Positions 18,959 through 28,609 of a DNA stretch of 64,000 nt are shown piece after piece. Each line of letters begins with the position of its first letter. Position 1 is the stretch's first letter. The translations under genes were made by a program, and so were the position numbers. Source of the stretch: a phage; the sequence record PZ445526.1. The stretch is one strand, 5' to 3'. The notes beneath the pieces were generated by a model. It was given only the letters and a program-made list of their open reading frames with translations. It ran no database searches and was not told the origin of the DNA.

Positions 18959-19444
18959 TCAAGTATTGTAAAACATTTGATGCAATCGCTTATATTGCCG
19001 AATCTTTTGGTCAGAAAAAGAAATTTGAGTTTCAAGCCATTCAATGTACTCTGCGGCAGCTTGCATTAAATTTCCTTCATAACCATCGTTATTTTCTTGT
19101 GCAGCTAATTTAGCTAATGCATATGAAATGCGTTCACCTTGAAAAGCGGCTTTAGGTTTATGAATAGCTTGATCAACTCGTTCTACGACTTCTTCAATTT
19201 CGCCATTTTCTACTGATTCAGTATTCCACAAACACCAATACGTAATTGGCTTATCGTAGATGTTAATAATCTTTCCATCAGAAAGTTCAATTTCAATAAT
19301 TCCAGTATCAGGTTCTATATCATCTTCACATTCTTTTGCAAGTTCACGAACTTTAAAGACAGTACCTGCACTAAGTTCCGGCCAGTAATTACATAGCCCT
19401 GTATCAGCACGATTAATTCTAAACCACTTATCTACTGTAATCAT
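18959..19444 (-). CDS. pin: Pin-like protein (possible protease inhibitor)
   Basis: Track ORF 18959..19462; ATG at 19444 (MITVDKWFRINRADTG...) gives 161 aa, the size I recall for T4 Pin; assignment by position and size only. Confidence 0.45.
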   Translation of the reverse strand: MITVDKWFRINRADTGLCNYWPELSAGTVFKVRELAKECEDDIEPDTGIIEIELSDGKIINIYDKPITYWCLWNTESVENGEIEEVVERVDQAIHKPKAAFQGERISYALAKLAAQENNDGYEGNLMQAAAEYIEWLETQISFSDQKIRQYKRLHQMFYNT

Positions 19445-19583
19445 GTCCCATCTCCATATCAATTAAGTCATTTATCGTTGGTTCATTATATACTGTTTCT
19501 TCATCAGTGTAAACCGGTTCTTCCGGCTCTGGCTCTACAGTTTCCCATCTAGCCGCCCACCAAGGTTTTATAGCGTAATCCAT
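19428..19583 (-). CDS. possible small acidic protein (51 aa)
   Basis: ATG at 19581-19583 (MDYAIKPWWAARWETVEPEPEEPVYTDEE...); overlaps both neighbours; below the ORF-track threshold. Confidence 0.3.
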   Translation of the reverse strand: MDYAIKPWWAARWETVEPEPEEPVYTDEETVYNEPTINDLIDMEMGHDYSR

Positions 19584-19888
19584 TCTCGTACTGTCTGAAT
19601 TACTACACGTTCTCGAAGCTCAACCAGTTCAACAGTAGGAACTGCATAATACCAGTCAGAATGGTAAGAACCTGAGCGAGATTCATTTACGGAAACATAT
19701 ACGTGGTGTTTTGAGCTAAAGTAAATTACTCGACGATATTGGCATTTGCCTTGTTGAGTCCATTCTTCGGATTCAATCGGAATAAGATAGTCGGAAAAAT
19801 CGAAATCATAGTTTTCCGAAAATGCATCATGGTCTTCGATGATTTCACTCAGAATTGCATCAACATCTAATTTATTTTCAATAGTCAT
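19568..19888 (-). CDS. hypothetical protein
   Basis: 106-aa track ORF. Confidence 0.5.
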   Translation of the reverse strand: MTIENKLDVDAILSEIIEDHDAFSENYDFDFSDYLIPIESEEWTQQGKCQYRRVIYFSSKHHVYVSVNESRSGSYHSDWYYAVPTVELVELRERVVIQTVREWITL

Positions 19889-19899
19889 TTTTTCACCAA

Positions 19900-20109
19900 T
19901 TAATTTCGCAATTTATTAAGTTCTTCATAATCAATCCAGGATTCTAATCCTGATGGCAAATCAGATTCAATTTCCCAAAGAAGCTCTTCAATTTTCTGAA
20001 GACGATCTAGTTCTTCAGCTGGAATAGTAACCATTGATGGAGTTCTTGATACACTAATATCGTAAATCATATTTACCCCAGTTTGACCATGCAATCGCCG
20101 TATTTCCAC
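19900..20109 (-). CDS. hypothetical protein
   Basis: 69-aa track ORF. Confidence 0.5.
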   Translation of the reverse strand: MEIRRLHGQTGVNMIYDISVSRTPSMVTIPAEELDRLQKIEELLWEIESDLPSGLESWIDYEELNKLRN

Positions 20110-20288
20110 TTAGAAATAGACTTTTCACCATTAGAATAATAAACTTCGAGTTTAGCACGATTATTTTTAATTTGAATAACCTTGGCTGTCATCAAAGTTC
20201 CATACCCATAGTAAACTGCAACTTCATCACCTACATATACCGCGCTTCCGCGGTAATCATGGATATAATCAGTTCCTTCAAGCATCAT
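20073..20288 (-). CDS. hypothetical protein
   Basis: 71-aa track ORF, ATGA-type overlap with the nrdC start region. Confidence 0.5.
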   Translation of the reverse strand: MMLEGTDYIHDYRGSAVYVGDEVAVYYGYGTLMTAKVIQIKNNRAKLEVYYSNGEKSISKWKYGDCMVKLG

Positions 20289-20548
20289 TTAAAGTATTCC
20301 CGCAATTGGTCAAATCCACCAATATGACTTCCATCAGGAGCAAATACCTGAGGCATCGTCAGTCCAATTTGAGTATCACGACCTAGTTTAGTCAGAAGCT
20401 CAGCGATTTTCTCATCATCAAAAACACCTTTTTCCGGCATAATGTTGATAAATTCAAATGGCTGTTTCTTCACGGTCAAAAGACGTTTTGCATTATCGCA
20501 ATACACACATTTATGGATGTTGCTATCATAACCATATACTTTAAACAT
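20285..20548 (-). CDS. nrdC: thioredoxin (glutaredoxin-like)
   Basis: 87-aa ORF MFKVYGYDSNIHKCVYCDNAKRLL... with CVYC active site; matches T4 thioredoxin. Confidence 0.85.
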   Translation of the reverse strand: MFKVYGYDSNIHKCVYCDNAKRLLTVKKQPFEFINIMPEKGVFDDEKIAELLTKLGRDTQIGLTMPQVFAPDGSHIGGFDQLREYFK

Positions 20549-20549
20549 A

Positions 20550-20792
20550 TTATTCCTTAATTCCTAGTACTTGTTTAAAAGTCTCGTCGTAATCAAGACT
20601 TTGGCCCGTTTGTTCTTTATGTTTGTATATAATATCACTTACTTCTGATAGCATATTTTTATATGAACGAGTTAAAGCAGATTTAAGCACGCTGTATCTA
20701 TCAGGAAATTTACCATGTTCATTATAATAAGCTATTGCTAATTCACGGACTGCCTTTTCAGCAGTCTCCATATATTCTTTACGCTTGGTCAT
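20550..20792 (-). CDS. hypothetical protein
   Basis: Track ORF 20550..20933; internal ATG at 20792 ([29 protein letters not shown]...) fits a small overlap with the upstream gene. Confidence 0.45.
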
Positions 20793-21093
20793 TTTCTTCT
20801 CGGTCAAATCGGTGTTTACAATGGCGACATTTATAACGAAGATTATTAGTCTGCCAATGGACCAATTGCACCTGTTCAGTTCCACATTCAGGGCAATTAG
20901 GAACGTTTTTAGAAGCCCTTTCGCGACGTTCAACCATGACCATTACAGAATCCCAATTAATAGGGCTGCTATAATCATCACAACCGTGAATCTTTCCACG
21001 CATTTCCAGATCGTCTTCTTCACCAGCCATAATAATTTTAATTAGACTAGAATTACTTGAAGCTGCAATGTCTTCTAATAGACGCTTTTTCAT
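20779..21093 (-). CDS. zinc-ribbon protein, hypothetical
   Basis: 104-aa ORF with CPECG...C..C four-cysteine cluster ([28 protein letters not shown]). Confidence 0.5.
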
Positions 21094-22016
21094 TTCAATA
21101 CCTCAATAGCATTACGTAAACCATTTGCTTTTGCATTAAGAGCTTTTAACAATTTGGTGTGTTCTGCAATTTGGGCTTCAACTTCAATCAAACGAGCATT
21201 GAGATATTCGCGTTCTTCTTTCATAGTATCATTCCCATGATTGGATTTTGGTGTAGGTTTAAATTCACTAGGGTCCTTTAATTTAATAACAAATTTAGTT
21301 TCAAACAGTGAAAGACCATAATTCGTATTATCATCAAAGGATTTGACTACATCCATATCAGATAATAACACGCGTAAATTATAAGCCAAAGAACTAATAG
21401 TTTCATTGTGTTTATTAGCTTCGCGTGGTTTCATATACGGAAGATTTTTATATATCTCGTGCGGAGCACAAATGATAATTGACAATTCAAATTGCCCATT
21501 CTGGGACGATGGAGTGAATTTAGCCGTAACCCAGTCTTTTACATTCACATTAATAGTACGGTTATCACCATGACAAAACAGTCTACGAGAATGCTTAAAA
21601 AGCATATTCACGTTATTATTGAATTCGTGTGAAAATTCACTAGCAAATTTTTCTTTACTATCTTTAGAAAACCATTCTTCTAAATAAGTTCTTTTCACGT
21701 CGTTAATAATATTAAATGTAACAACACTAGCATTTGATACATTAGTCTCAATGTAGCTTGGATACATAAATTTTTTAACATTATTAACAGCTATCACAGA
21801 AGATAGTAATCGGGAACGTTTGAACCACTCGAGCAAAGAACCAAGAGAATGTGAATACGCATTTTGTGTATCTTTACAAATATGGTTTTCCCATCCAATA
21901 TAGTCTAAAAAATCACGAAGAATATTATTGATTACTGCTCTGTGTCCTATCTGATAATTACGATGTTTAGTAATAAGACTGTCAAAATAATCAATATAAT
22001 GTTTACGAGTTTTCAT
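21090..22016 (-). CDS. hypothetical protein with C-terminal coiled coil (308 aa)
   Basis: Globular N-terminal region plus C-terminal heptad-like tail ([42 protein letters not shown]). Confidence 0.6.
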   Translation of the reverse strand: MKTRKHYIDYFDSLITKHRNYQIGHRAVINNILRDFLDYIGWENHICKDTQNAYSHSLGSLLEWFKRSRLLSSVIAVNNVKKFMYPSYIETNVSNASVVTFNIINDVKRTYLEEWFSKDSKEKFASEFSHEFNNNVNMLFKHSRRLFCHGDNRTINVNVKDWVTAKFTPSSQNGQFELSIIICAPHEIYKNLPYMKPREANKHNETISSLAYNLRVLLSDMDVVKSFDDNTNYGLSLFETKFVIKLKDPSEFKPTPKSNHGNDTMKEEREYLNARLIEVEAQIAEHTKLLKALNAKANGLRNAIEVLK

Positions 22017-22070
22017 GTTCTTCTCACTTGGTTAATGATTTATACTCCGAGCCATCCTTGGCTTTAAATT

Positions 22071-23072
22071 TTACTTAATTAACTGTAAAGCTTGTTCCAG
22101 ACGATCAAGACGATTAACAGATTCTTCCCAAATCCTTTTAGCCTGCTCATATTCTTTCTGCGCTTTATTAGAAATTTCTAGAACTTCTTTATAAGCTTTT
22201 TCTAATGCAATAACTTCTGGACGAATTTCTATCGGTTCAGGTGAATCATCAAGACATTCCATTAGTTCCTCAAGGGTAGTTTCTTCTTTAGGAGTATTCA
22301 CAATTTCATCACATTTTTGTTGGTAAATTTCTTTATCAGTAGGTGAGTACGCGCACTTTACTTCACGAAGACTAATTACAATTTTATATCCTTCCCAACC
22401 GCATATATTCTTAAAAGGATAAGTATGAATATTTTCTACTGTTTCCATACAAAGTAATGCGGTCTCTAATTGACGAGTTATAGTGCTAGCAATTGAGAAA
22501 AATTTATTAATATTCTTTTGGTTAGTTTCTGGTGTAAAAAATCCATAATTCACAAAAATAGATACTTTATTTTTATCAAGTTCATATTCTTTTATGATAA
22601 TCATATCAGAAGCCAAAGGATGAATTTGACGATAATCGCCATAACATAATTTAGAAGCTGATTTTAGAATCTGTCCTTTGAAAAGTCTGAAATTACTAAT
22701 CCAACGACGAGTAAAAATATTCTCAGGGTCTTCTTTATTATTAAGATGATAAGAATTAACATCACCGAACCAATTATATCCTACTACATCTTTGGTTCGT
22801 TTAATTTCTTTCCCAAAATTACCAAGAATATCCCGATTAACCAAATATGAAAGAAGACGAGACTCTTTAAAGGTTTTCTTGATAACATCTTTATCTACAC
22901 GGCTAGAAATTTTACGAATTTCATGAATAAATTTAGTAGAAGAAACAATACTTGCATCAACACTATTGAGCCATTGATTGATAATAGAAAGAACGCTATT
23001 TTGGCCAAACATCGGTATAGCTTTATCATCAATAACGCTATTGAATGATTTGATATATTCGTTACGAGTCAT
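22071..23072 (-). CDS. hypothetical protein with C-terminal coiled coil (333 aa)
   Basis: ATG at 23072 (MTRNEYIKSF...); the track ORF extends into the promoter from a non-ATG start; C-terminal tail KEYEQAKRIWEESVNRLDRLEQALQLIK. Confidence 0.6.
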   Translation of the reverse strand: MTRNEYIKSFNSVIDDKAIPMFGQNSVLSIINQWLNSVDASIVSSTKFIHEIRKISSRVDKDVIKKTFKESRLLSYLVNRDILGNFGKEIKRTKDVVGYNWFGDVNSYHLNNKEDPENIFTRRWISNFRLFKGQILKSASKLCYGDYRQIHPLASDMIIIKEYELDKNKVSIFVNYGFFTPETNQKNINKFFSIASTITRQLETALLCMETVENIHTYPFKNICGWEGYKIVISLREVKCAYSPTDKEIYQQKCDEIVNTPKEETTLEELMECLDDSPEPIEIRPEVIALEKAYKEVLEISNKAQKEYEQAKRIWEESVNRLDRLEQALQLIK

Positions 23073-23129
23073 ATTAATCTCCTCAGTAGAAAGTAAGAAC
23101 ATTATACCACATCCTTGTGGCAAAGTAAA

Positions 23130-24158
23130 CTAGTTCAGTGCATTTAGTGCATTGTTCAGTTTAGAACGTTGCTTTGTCAGATTTTGAACCCTTGACTGAG
23201 CTTGTTTTAACACCTTTTCAGCTTCTAACACTTCATTAGTTGCTTTAACGAGTTCAGCATCTACTGCTTTAAGAGACTTCTCAATCGCATCTGCATGCCA
23301 TTTTTCAACAGGTTTAAGACTCGGATTTTCAATAGGAAGAAAATTCACTTTATTGAATTTCCATGCATCCTTATTACCTGAACTATACATCCAAAATTTA
23401 GGATCGTTTGATAAGTAATTGGATAAATTTAAATTTAAGTTATCTTGTACTTCTTGCTTTTTCTCTTGTGTAACTTCGTCCTTTCTCAAAAAATCATATT
23501 TAAATGAAACAATCATATCAAGTTCATATGATGTTGTATCTAACTTAAATCGTTCAAAACGAGGTAAAATCTTAGATTGAACAGCAGCAACAACATCCAT
23601 ATACTTAAATGCTTCTGTCAACTGTGATTTAAGGCATTCACAAATTGAAAGAGAATTTTTTGTATTAGGTTTAAAGCTAATTCGTGCAGTTCTATTATTT
23701 TCTTTTAACGGTCTTACTTCCATCTGAAGAGTATAACCATCAAATTTCAGGTTCTTTAAGTTAATATCAGAACCTTTTAATCGACTTGCTGTGGACAAAA
23801 TTTGCTTTAATTGTTTACGGAATAGAGCAATAAATCTCCATTCAAGACGATAATGATTTGGATTAAAAAATCCTGTTGATAAATCGACCTTACTTTGACC
23901 AACGCCTTGAACAAATAGAGGATTTTTATAATCAATAGTTTTACAGAAATCGGTGAGCTGTTCACGAGCAGTCATTTGCGTAATATACCCTGCTTTACTA
24001 AAATTACGCACCCATTCACTGCTATTCGTATACTTAAAGTGATGAATAACACGATTAACTTTATCAGGGTCTAAATTATTTTCACACAAAAATGTCATAA
24101 CATCACGAGTATAGCTGGCATTACGAACCATATCTTCAATTTGAGAACGAGTTTTCAT
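23130..24158 (-). CDS. hypothetical protein with C-terminal coiled coil (342 aa)
   Basis: C-terminal tail AELVKATNEVLEAEKVLKQAQSRVQNLTKQRSKLNNALNALN. Confidence 0.6.
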   Translation of the reverse strand: MKTRSQIEDMVRNASYTRDVMTFLCENNLDPDKVNRVIHHFKYTNSSEWVRNFSKAGYITQMTAREQLTDFCKTIDYKNPLFVQGVGQSKVDLSTGFFNPNHYRLEWRFIALFRKQLKQILSTASRLKGSDINLKNLKFDGYTLQMEVRPLKENNRTARISFKPNTKNSLSICECLKSQLTEAFKYMDVVAAVQSKILPRFERFKLDTTSYELDMIVSFKYDFLRKDEVTQEKKQEVQDNLNLNLSNYLSNDPKFWMYSSGNKDAWKFNKVNFLPIENPSLKPVEKWHADAIEKSLKAVDAELVKATNEVLEAEKVLKQAQSRVQNLTKQRSKLNNALNALN

Positions 24159-24166
24159 GGTGTTCC

Positions 24167-25072
24167 TTAAGATTTAAGTAAATCAACAATTTTAATTAAT
24201 TTTTCACGTTCAGATTTAGCTTTACTACTCAATCCGGATAGTCTAAAGATTTCATCGTCATATTGTTGAATAGAAATATTCAGCTCTTCAATTTGCTTAT
24301 TAAAATAATCAATTTGTTCAGAATGTTTTTCGTTACTACGAACTGGTACATGGTTTGTAGGCAATTTAGTTAAACTGGATTCATCCGGGCGATAAATTAA
24401 AATACAACTTGAACCAATCGGACATTTAGCACCAGACACATATTCTAATGTTCCAGCTTCTTTTAAAATTTCAAAAGCTAAACAGAGATGATGACCCATA
24501 TTGGCATAATCTGTAGAGTGAGCTCTGACGTAATAATCATCTCCACGAGTGCTAAATTTAAAGCATTTAAGGTCTTCTGTATTATTAGTTTTAAAAATCA
24601 TTTGTTTATCTAGACCTTTAGCCAATCGAGCGCCTAATGCTAATAATCGTCGTTGATTTTCCCACAAATCCGCAATCATTTGATCGAATGATAATTTCGG
24701 CATTAGTCGGCCATAAAGGTCATATCCTTTATTATAATTGCGAAGGATTTCACTCGCATTAATGCGAGACAACGCTCCAATTTTATTAAGGGCTTTCATG
24801 ATGCGATTAGATAAACTCATTCCAGACCCGTTTGTTCGCTGTAAATGTTTTTCTAATCCAAATCCAATATCAACTTTAAATTTATCTAAAATTTTGGCAT
24901 GAACGTCTCTGTCAATAACATTCAAATCCAAAGTTGGGTTAAATCTATGAAAAAATTTATCTGGCTCTCCACGACGAAATACAGTCCATTCATTCATCAT
25001 TTTTTTATTAACTAAAGATTTAATTACTGCATTGACATTATTAATTACTACTGACATATTTTCCTCACTCAA
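24167..25072 (-). CDS. hypothetical protein with C-terminal coiled coil (301 aa)
   Basis: C-terminal tail QIEELNISIQQYDDEIFRLSGLSSKAKSEREKLIKIVDLLKS. Confidence 0.6.
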   Translation of the reverse strand: MSEENMSVVINNVNAVIKSLVNKKMMNEWTVFRRGEPDKFFHRFNPTLDLNVIDRDVHAKILDKFKVDIGFGLEKHLQRTNGSGMSLSNRIMKALNKIGALSRINASEILRNYNKGYDLYGRLMPKLSFDQMIADLWENQRRLLALGARLAKGLDKQMIFKTNNTEDLKCFKFSTRGDDYYVRAHSTDYANMGHHLCLAFEILKEAGTLEYVSGAKCPIGSSCILIYRPDESSLTKLPTNHVPVRSNEKHSEQIDYFNKQIEELNISIQQYDDEIFRLSGLSSKAKSEREKLIKIVDLLKS

Positions 25073-25466
25073 TTTTACTAATTACGCGGAATAAGATTGA
25101 ACAGACTATATAAGTACCACATATAGATTGAACTAATGCCATTCCAAAGAACCAAACAATATTATCAAACCATGTCTGTTTTACGTCGAAAGGACGTAAA
25201 CTTACAGTAATATTATCACCTTTTTCTATTGAAGAATACATCTCTGGTGAAATATATTCACTAAATCTATAACCGTCTTTGAGTTCATATACAGCAATAA
25301 ACGATAAACTAGACCCCTTTCCTTGAGTTCCTGTAAGGGTATTAACTACAGTAACATCATAATCTTTATAATGCATATAATCATTAATTGCGTAATAACC
25401 ATATGCAATTACTATACATAAACAACATATCAATAAATTCAATCTTTTAATTATCAACTGTTTCAT
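25065..25466 (-). CDS. membrane protein (N- and C-terminal hydrophobic segments flanking a soluble domain)
   Basis: 133-aa ORF: hydrophobic segment LLICCLCIVIAYGYYAI, then a soluble region, then WFFGMALVQSICGTYIVCSILF. Confidence 0.5.
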   Translation of the reverse strand: MKQLIIKRLNLLICCLCIVIAYGYYAINDYMHYKDYDVTVVNTLTGTQGKGSSLSFIAVYELKDGYRFSEYISPEMYSSIEKGDNITVSLRPFDVKQTWFDNIVWFFGMALVQSICGTYIVCSILFRVISKIE

Positions 25467-25521
25467 AATAATCTCAATTAAAAGGGCTTAGAACCATTAT
25501 ACCATCCTTGGTATAAAGCGG

Positions 25522-26049
25522 TTATGCGAGTACCGTCTTTAACCGTTCTTCAAACTTCCGAAGAGTATTTTGGCGTTCAGCTCTTTGCTTTTTGTAAGTT
25601 TCAATACGCTCTGAAATGAGAGTGTATCGTTCATTTACTGATTCTTTCATAAAATCAGGAATTTCACGAGAAGCTTTAATCTCGTCAAATTTATCAATAA
25701 CAGCTTGCTCTTCAGCAATTAAGTTATCATACATCAAAATATCTTTCTTGATGAACTCAATATCTTCTTGAGTTACGCGAGATAATTTAGATGCTTTATC
25801 CTTTTTGTACTGTTCGTTAGTATCACGAGACCAGTGTAATGTACGATTTTTATTCGTATTCTTGTAAATTTCTACAATACCAATCTCATCAATAATAACG
25901 ATCCAATTCCAACGGGATTTGTAAATTTGTCCTCCGTCAACCGTGATTTCACCTCCGATTGAGATGTCATTAAAGAACTTGCTTTGTGCTTCAGATTTAA
26001 ATTTACCATCATTGTAGTTTACCAAGTTGAAAATATCTTTAGCATTCAT
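25522..26049 (-). CDS. hypothetical protein
   Basis: ATG at 26049 (MNAKDIFNLVNYNDGKF...); the track ORF extends through the upstream early promoter. Confidence 0.55.
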   Translation of the reverse strand: MNAKDIFNLVNYNDGKFKSEAQSKFFNDISIGGEITVDGGQIYKSRWNWIVIIDEIGIVEIYKNTNKNRTLHWSRDTNEQYKKDKASKLSRVTQEDIEFIKKDILMYDNLIAEEQAVIDKFDEIKASREIPDFMKESVNERYTLISERIETYKKQRAERQNTLRKFEERLKTVLA

Positions 26050-26077
26050 TTTCTGTTCCTCCGTAGTTGATAGTTGT

Positions 26078-26107
26078 ATAGTACCACAGAGGAACGGTCT
26101 TGTAAAC
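26078..26107 (-). promoter_or_regulatory. T4-type early promoter
   Basis: Sense GTTTACAAGACCGTTCCTCTGTGGTACTAT plus the conserved leader ACAACTATCAACTAC. Confidence 0.6.
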
Positions 26108-26109
26108 AA

Positions 26110-26424
26110 CTAAAAGAAACTTCTTTCACAATTTTTTCCACTAAACCATGCGCTAACCGCTTTCTTAGTCTCAGGAGCAGTGTTATCCATAAACCATTCA
26201 AAAGCAGCCTTTTTATGATTCTGGAGGGCTTCTCGGGCTTTAATCTGCTCACGGTCTATTAACACTAACATATGAGCCTTTCTTGTCACCAGGGGCTTCT
26301 TATGATTTTTTGAATATTCCCAATCATTTGTCCATCGCATCGTTGTTGCGAATTGAAGTACAGCTTCTTTAATCTTAGTTTCGTAAATTTCACGAGCCTT
26401 TGAGTATAACATCATTACCTCCAT
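26110..26424 (-). CDS. hypothetical protein
   Basis: 104-aa track ORF. Confidence 0.5.
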   Translation of the reverse strand: MEVMMLYSKAREIYETKIKEAVLQFATTMRWTNDWEYSKNHKKPLVTRKAHMLVLIDREQIKAREALQNHKKAAFEWFMDNTAPETKKAVSAWFSGKNCERSFF

Positions 26425-26513
26425 TTACTAGTTTAATTCTAGTCATCTTTTTGATGGCAGTCCATATAATCTATTTCTGAACTGCCTTTTTGTCATAGAA
26501 GTCCTCTTATGAA

Positions 26514-27482
26514 TTATTTCAGAAGAGTAACCTCAGCGATTTCTTCCCAACCGTTTTTGTCGGTCATAATAAAGTCAGCAAGATAAAGAGCAGTACGCAG
26601 TGAAACATTGCGTAAACGATTAACATTGACTTTCATCCATGATAATGCTTTATAAGTTTCTTCATCAGAAAGACCGCGCTTTTGCATCATGTCGGTTGAA
26701 AGAATAACATCTTCAACCCTGACCATAATTTCTTCATTAGTGTGAACACCCAAATCCAAATAAACTGAGCGGGACACTAATGCTTGTAAATGTGGAGCAA
26801 GTTTAGTACCACGGTCTAATTCGCGGTCAATGTCAACGTTTGTGATAAAAACAATCGTTCCTTTAAATTCAAACTCACGCTCAATGCCTTTTTCTTCTAA
26901 GTAAGAAGATGCAGTGCTCCAGCAGACTTTACGGGTCTCTCCAGTGTCCAGAGCAGCTTTCAGAAGATTAAGAATGTCCATATCAGAGAAAACATCCACA
27001 TCATCAATCAAAAGGACAGAATTCTCTTCACGATTATTCCAAAGCTGTTCATAAAGACCAATACCAGAGATTTTACCATTAATGCTTTTATATTCAATGT
27101 ATCCAATATCATTTGCTTTATTTAAAGCTTTATCTAAAGAATACGTTTTACCAATACCCGCCGCACCAGAGATAATTAATGAACGAATGTTTCCGTTAAT
27201 AATACCATTCGTCATCATTCCCATAACATTAAATCTTTTATTAATGCGGGTTTTCATATCTTCATATGATTCTTTAACTTCTTCAACTTTTACACCATCA
27301 TATGAAATGTCTGATTTGTAAACCCAAACACCGCGACGTTTACCGTCAATTTCAACAAAAACTTTACCATCTCCTTGTGCATCTACCGGAGCATTATCTG
27401 GGAACCATTCACCTAAGAGCTCAAAAGTTCCAGAGATTTCTTTACCGAAGTAGATACCCTTATTGATAGTTACAGTTTTCAT
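26514..27482 (-). CDS. P-loop NTPase (AAA-like), hypothetical
   Basis: ATG at 27482 (MKTVTINKGIYFG...); Walker A GAAGIGKT and Walker B LLIDDVD after an N-terminal domain of about 120 aa. Confidence 0.6.
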   Translation of the reverse strand: MKTVTINKGIYFGKEISGTFELLGEWFPDNAPVDAQGDGKVFVEIDGKRRGVWVYKSDISYDGVKVEEVKESYEDMKTRINKRFNVMGMMTNGIINGNIRSLIISGAAGIGKTYSLDKALNKANDIGYIEYKSINGKISGIGLYEQLWNNREENSVLLIDDVDVFSDMDILNLLKAALDTGETRKVCWSTASSYLEEKGIEREFEFKGTIVFITNVDIDRELDRGTKLAPHLQALVSRSVYLDLGVHTNEEIMVRVEDVILSTDMMQKRGLSDEETYKALSWMKVNVNRLRNVSLRTALYLADFIMTDKNGWEEIAEVTLLK

Positions 27483-27516
27483 TTTATTCTCCAAATCCGT
27501 ATCAGTTGATAGTTGT

Positions 27517-27546
27517 ATAGTACCATAAAGCTTTATGCTTGTAAAC
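27517..27546 (-). promoter_or_regulatory. T4-type early promoter
   Basis: Sense GTTTACAAGCATAAAGCTTTATGGTACTAT plus conserved leader ACAACTATCAACTGATACGGATTTGGAGAAT before the ATG at 27482. Confidence 0.6.
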
Positions 27547-27574
27547 CGTTTTGTGAAAAAATTTTGAAATAAAA

Positions 27575-27594
27575 AGGGAGCCCGAAGGCTCCCT
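27575..27594 (-). terminator. terminator hairpin (UUCG-type loop) downstream of ORF 27596..28609
   Basis: Minus-sense AGGGAGCCUUCGGGCUCCCU followed by UUUUUAUUU; an early promoter follows directly. Confidence 0.6.
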
Positions 27595-27595
27595 A

Positions 27596-28609
27596 TCATT
27601 TATAATAACTTCGGTGGTTTTCAAGATAGACCTTCTCAAGGAAGTCATCCCAGAAACCCATGTCTACTTTTTGCTGCATACCGTTCTTAGAAGCTTCAGT
27701 AGATGCTGCTTCTACTTGATCGACCACATCTTCCAAAAACTCTTGAACTGTTTTAAATGGATGTTTACCCAACTTCACGTCGAGAATAAATGGAGCATCT
27801 TGGAGTGGATAAACCAAGTCACCAGTTTTGTAAATTTCCAATAGTTGAAGTCCACCACGACAAGCATGGCTCAGAGCTTTCCAGTCAATACCTTCATTGG
27901 CTTCGGCCTTACGAGCACGTTCACCGTATTCAGCATCTAATTTGTTCAGTGACTGCTTAAGCTCAATAAGAGAAAGCGTTGTCTGATATTTACGACCCAA
28001 CACAGTGTAGAACGTTTGTGGGCCTGTTTTCTCATGATTATGGAACACCCATTCACAGAATTCGTTTTCTGGAAGACGATGCTTAATATCTTCAACTTTA
28101 GTACGACGCTGCTTAATGGAACCGTCTTCTTGGTAATCAACCCATTGCTCAGGGATTTGATTAACTACTTTCAATACATCGCGTAATGCAGCCAAACGAG
28201 AACCCTTGACACCGTATTTAGAAGCTTGCTTGCGAACATATCCTAAATAGGATTTCATGTTAGTCGTATAAAAACGAGAACGGTTGTCTTGAATAAACTT
28301 CCACACATCAGGCAAATCAGATTTAACCACTAGTTCAGGTGGAGTGTGAAGCATATCCAATGCTACAGTTTCACCATCTGCTGCTAATTTAAAGAAATAT
28401 TTAAGACTGTATAGTTCATGGTCAATATCATCTTTAGTGTTTTTAGATGATGTGTTGTTAGTGTTTTTACTCATGTGCTCTTTAACATTTCCAATAAGAA
28501 TATCACGAGCAGGAGGAACAAAGATTTCTTTAAAATCTACATCAGATTCTAGAGTAGAAGTTCCATAAAGATGACTACCAAAATAGCTTTTCATTACTGT
28601 TTTCATCAT
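27596..28609 (-). CDS. nucleotidyltransferase-fold protein (Pol-beta-like), hypothetical
   Basis: 337-aa ORF; N-terminal hG[GS]-x10-DxD pattern (FGSHLYGTSTLESDVDF) typical of minimal nucleotidyltransferases; the rest is uncharacterized. Confidence 0.55.
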   Translation of the reverse strand: MMKTVMKSYFGSHLYGTSTLESDVDFKEIFVPPARDILIGNVKEHMSKNTNNTSSKNTKDDIDHELYSLKYFFKLAADGETVALDMLHTPPELVVKSDLPDVWKFIQDNRSRFYTTNMKSYLGYVRKQASKYGVKGSRLAALRDVLKVVNQIPEQWVDYQEDGSIKQRRTKVEDIKHRLPENEFCEWVFHNHEKTGPQTFYTVLGRKYQTTLSLIELKQSLNKLDAEYGERARKAEANEGIDWKALSHACRGGLQLLEIYKTGDLVYPLQDAPFILDVKLGKHPFKTVQEFLEDVVDQVEAASTEASKNGMQQKVDMGFWDDFLEKVYLENHRSYYK

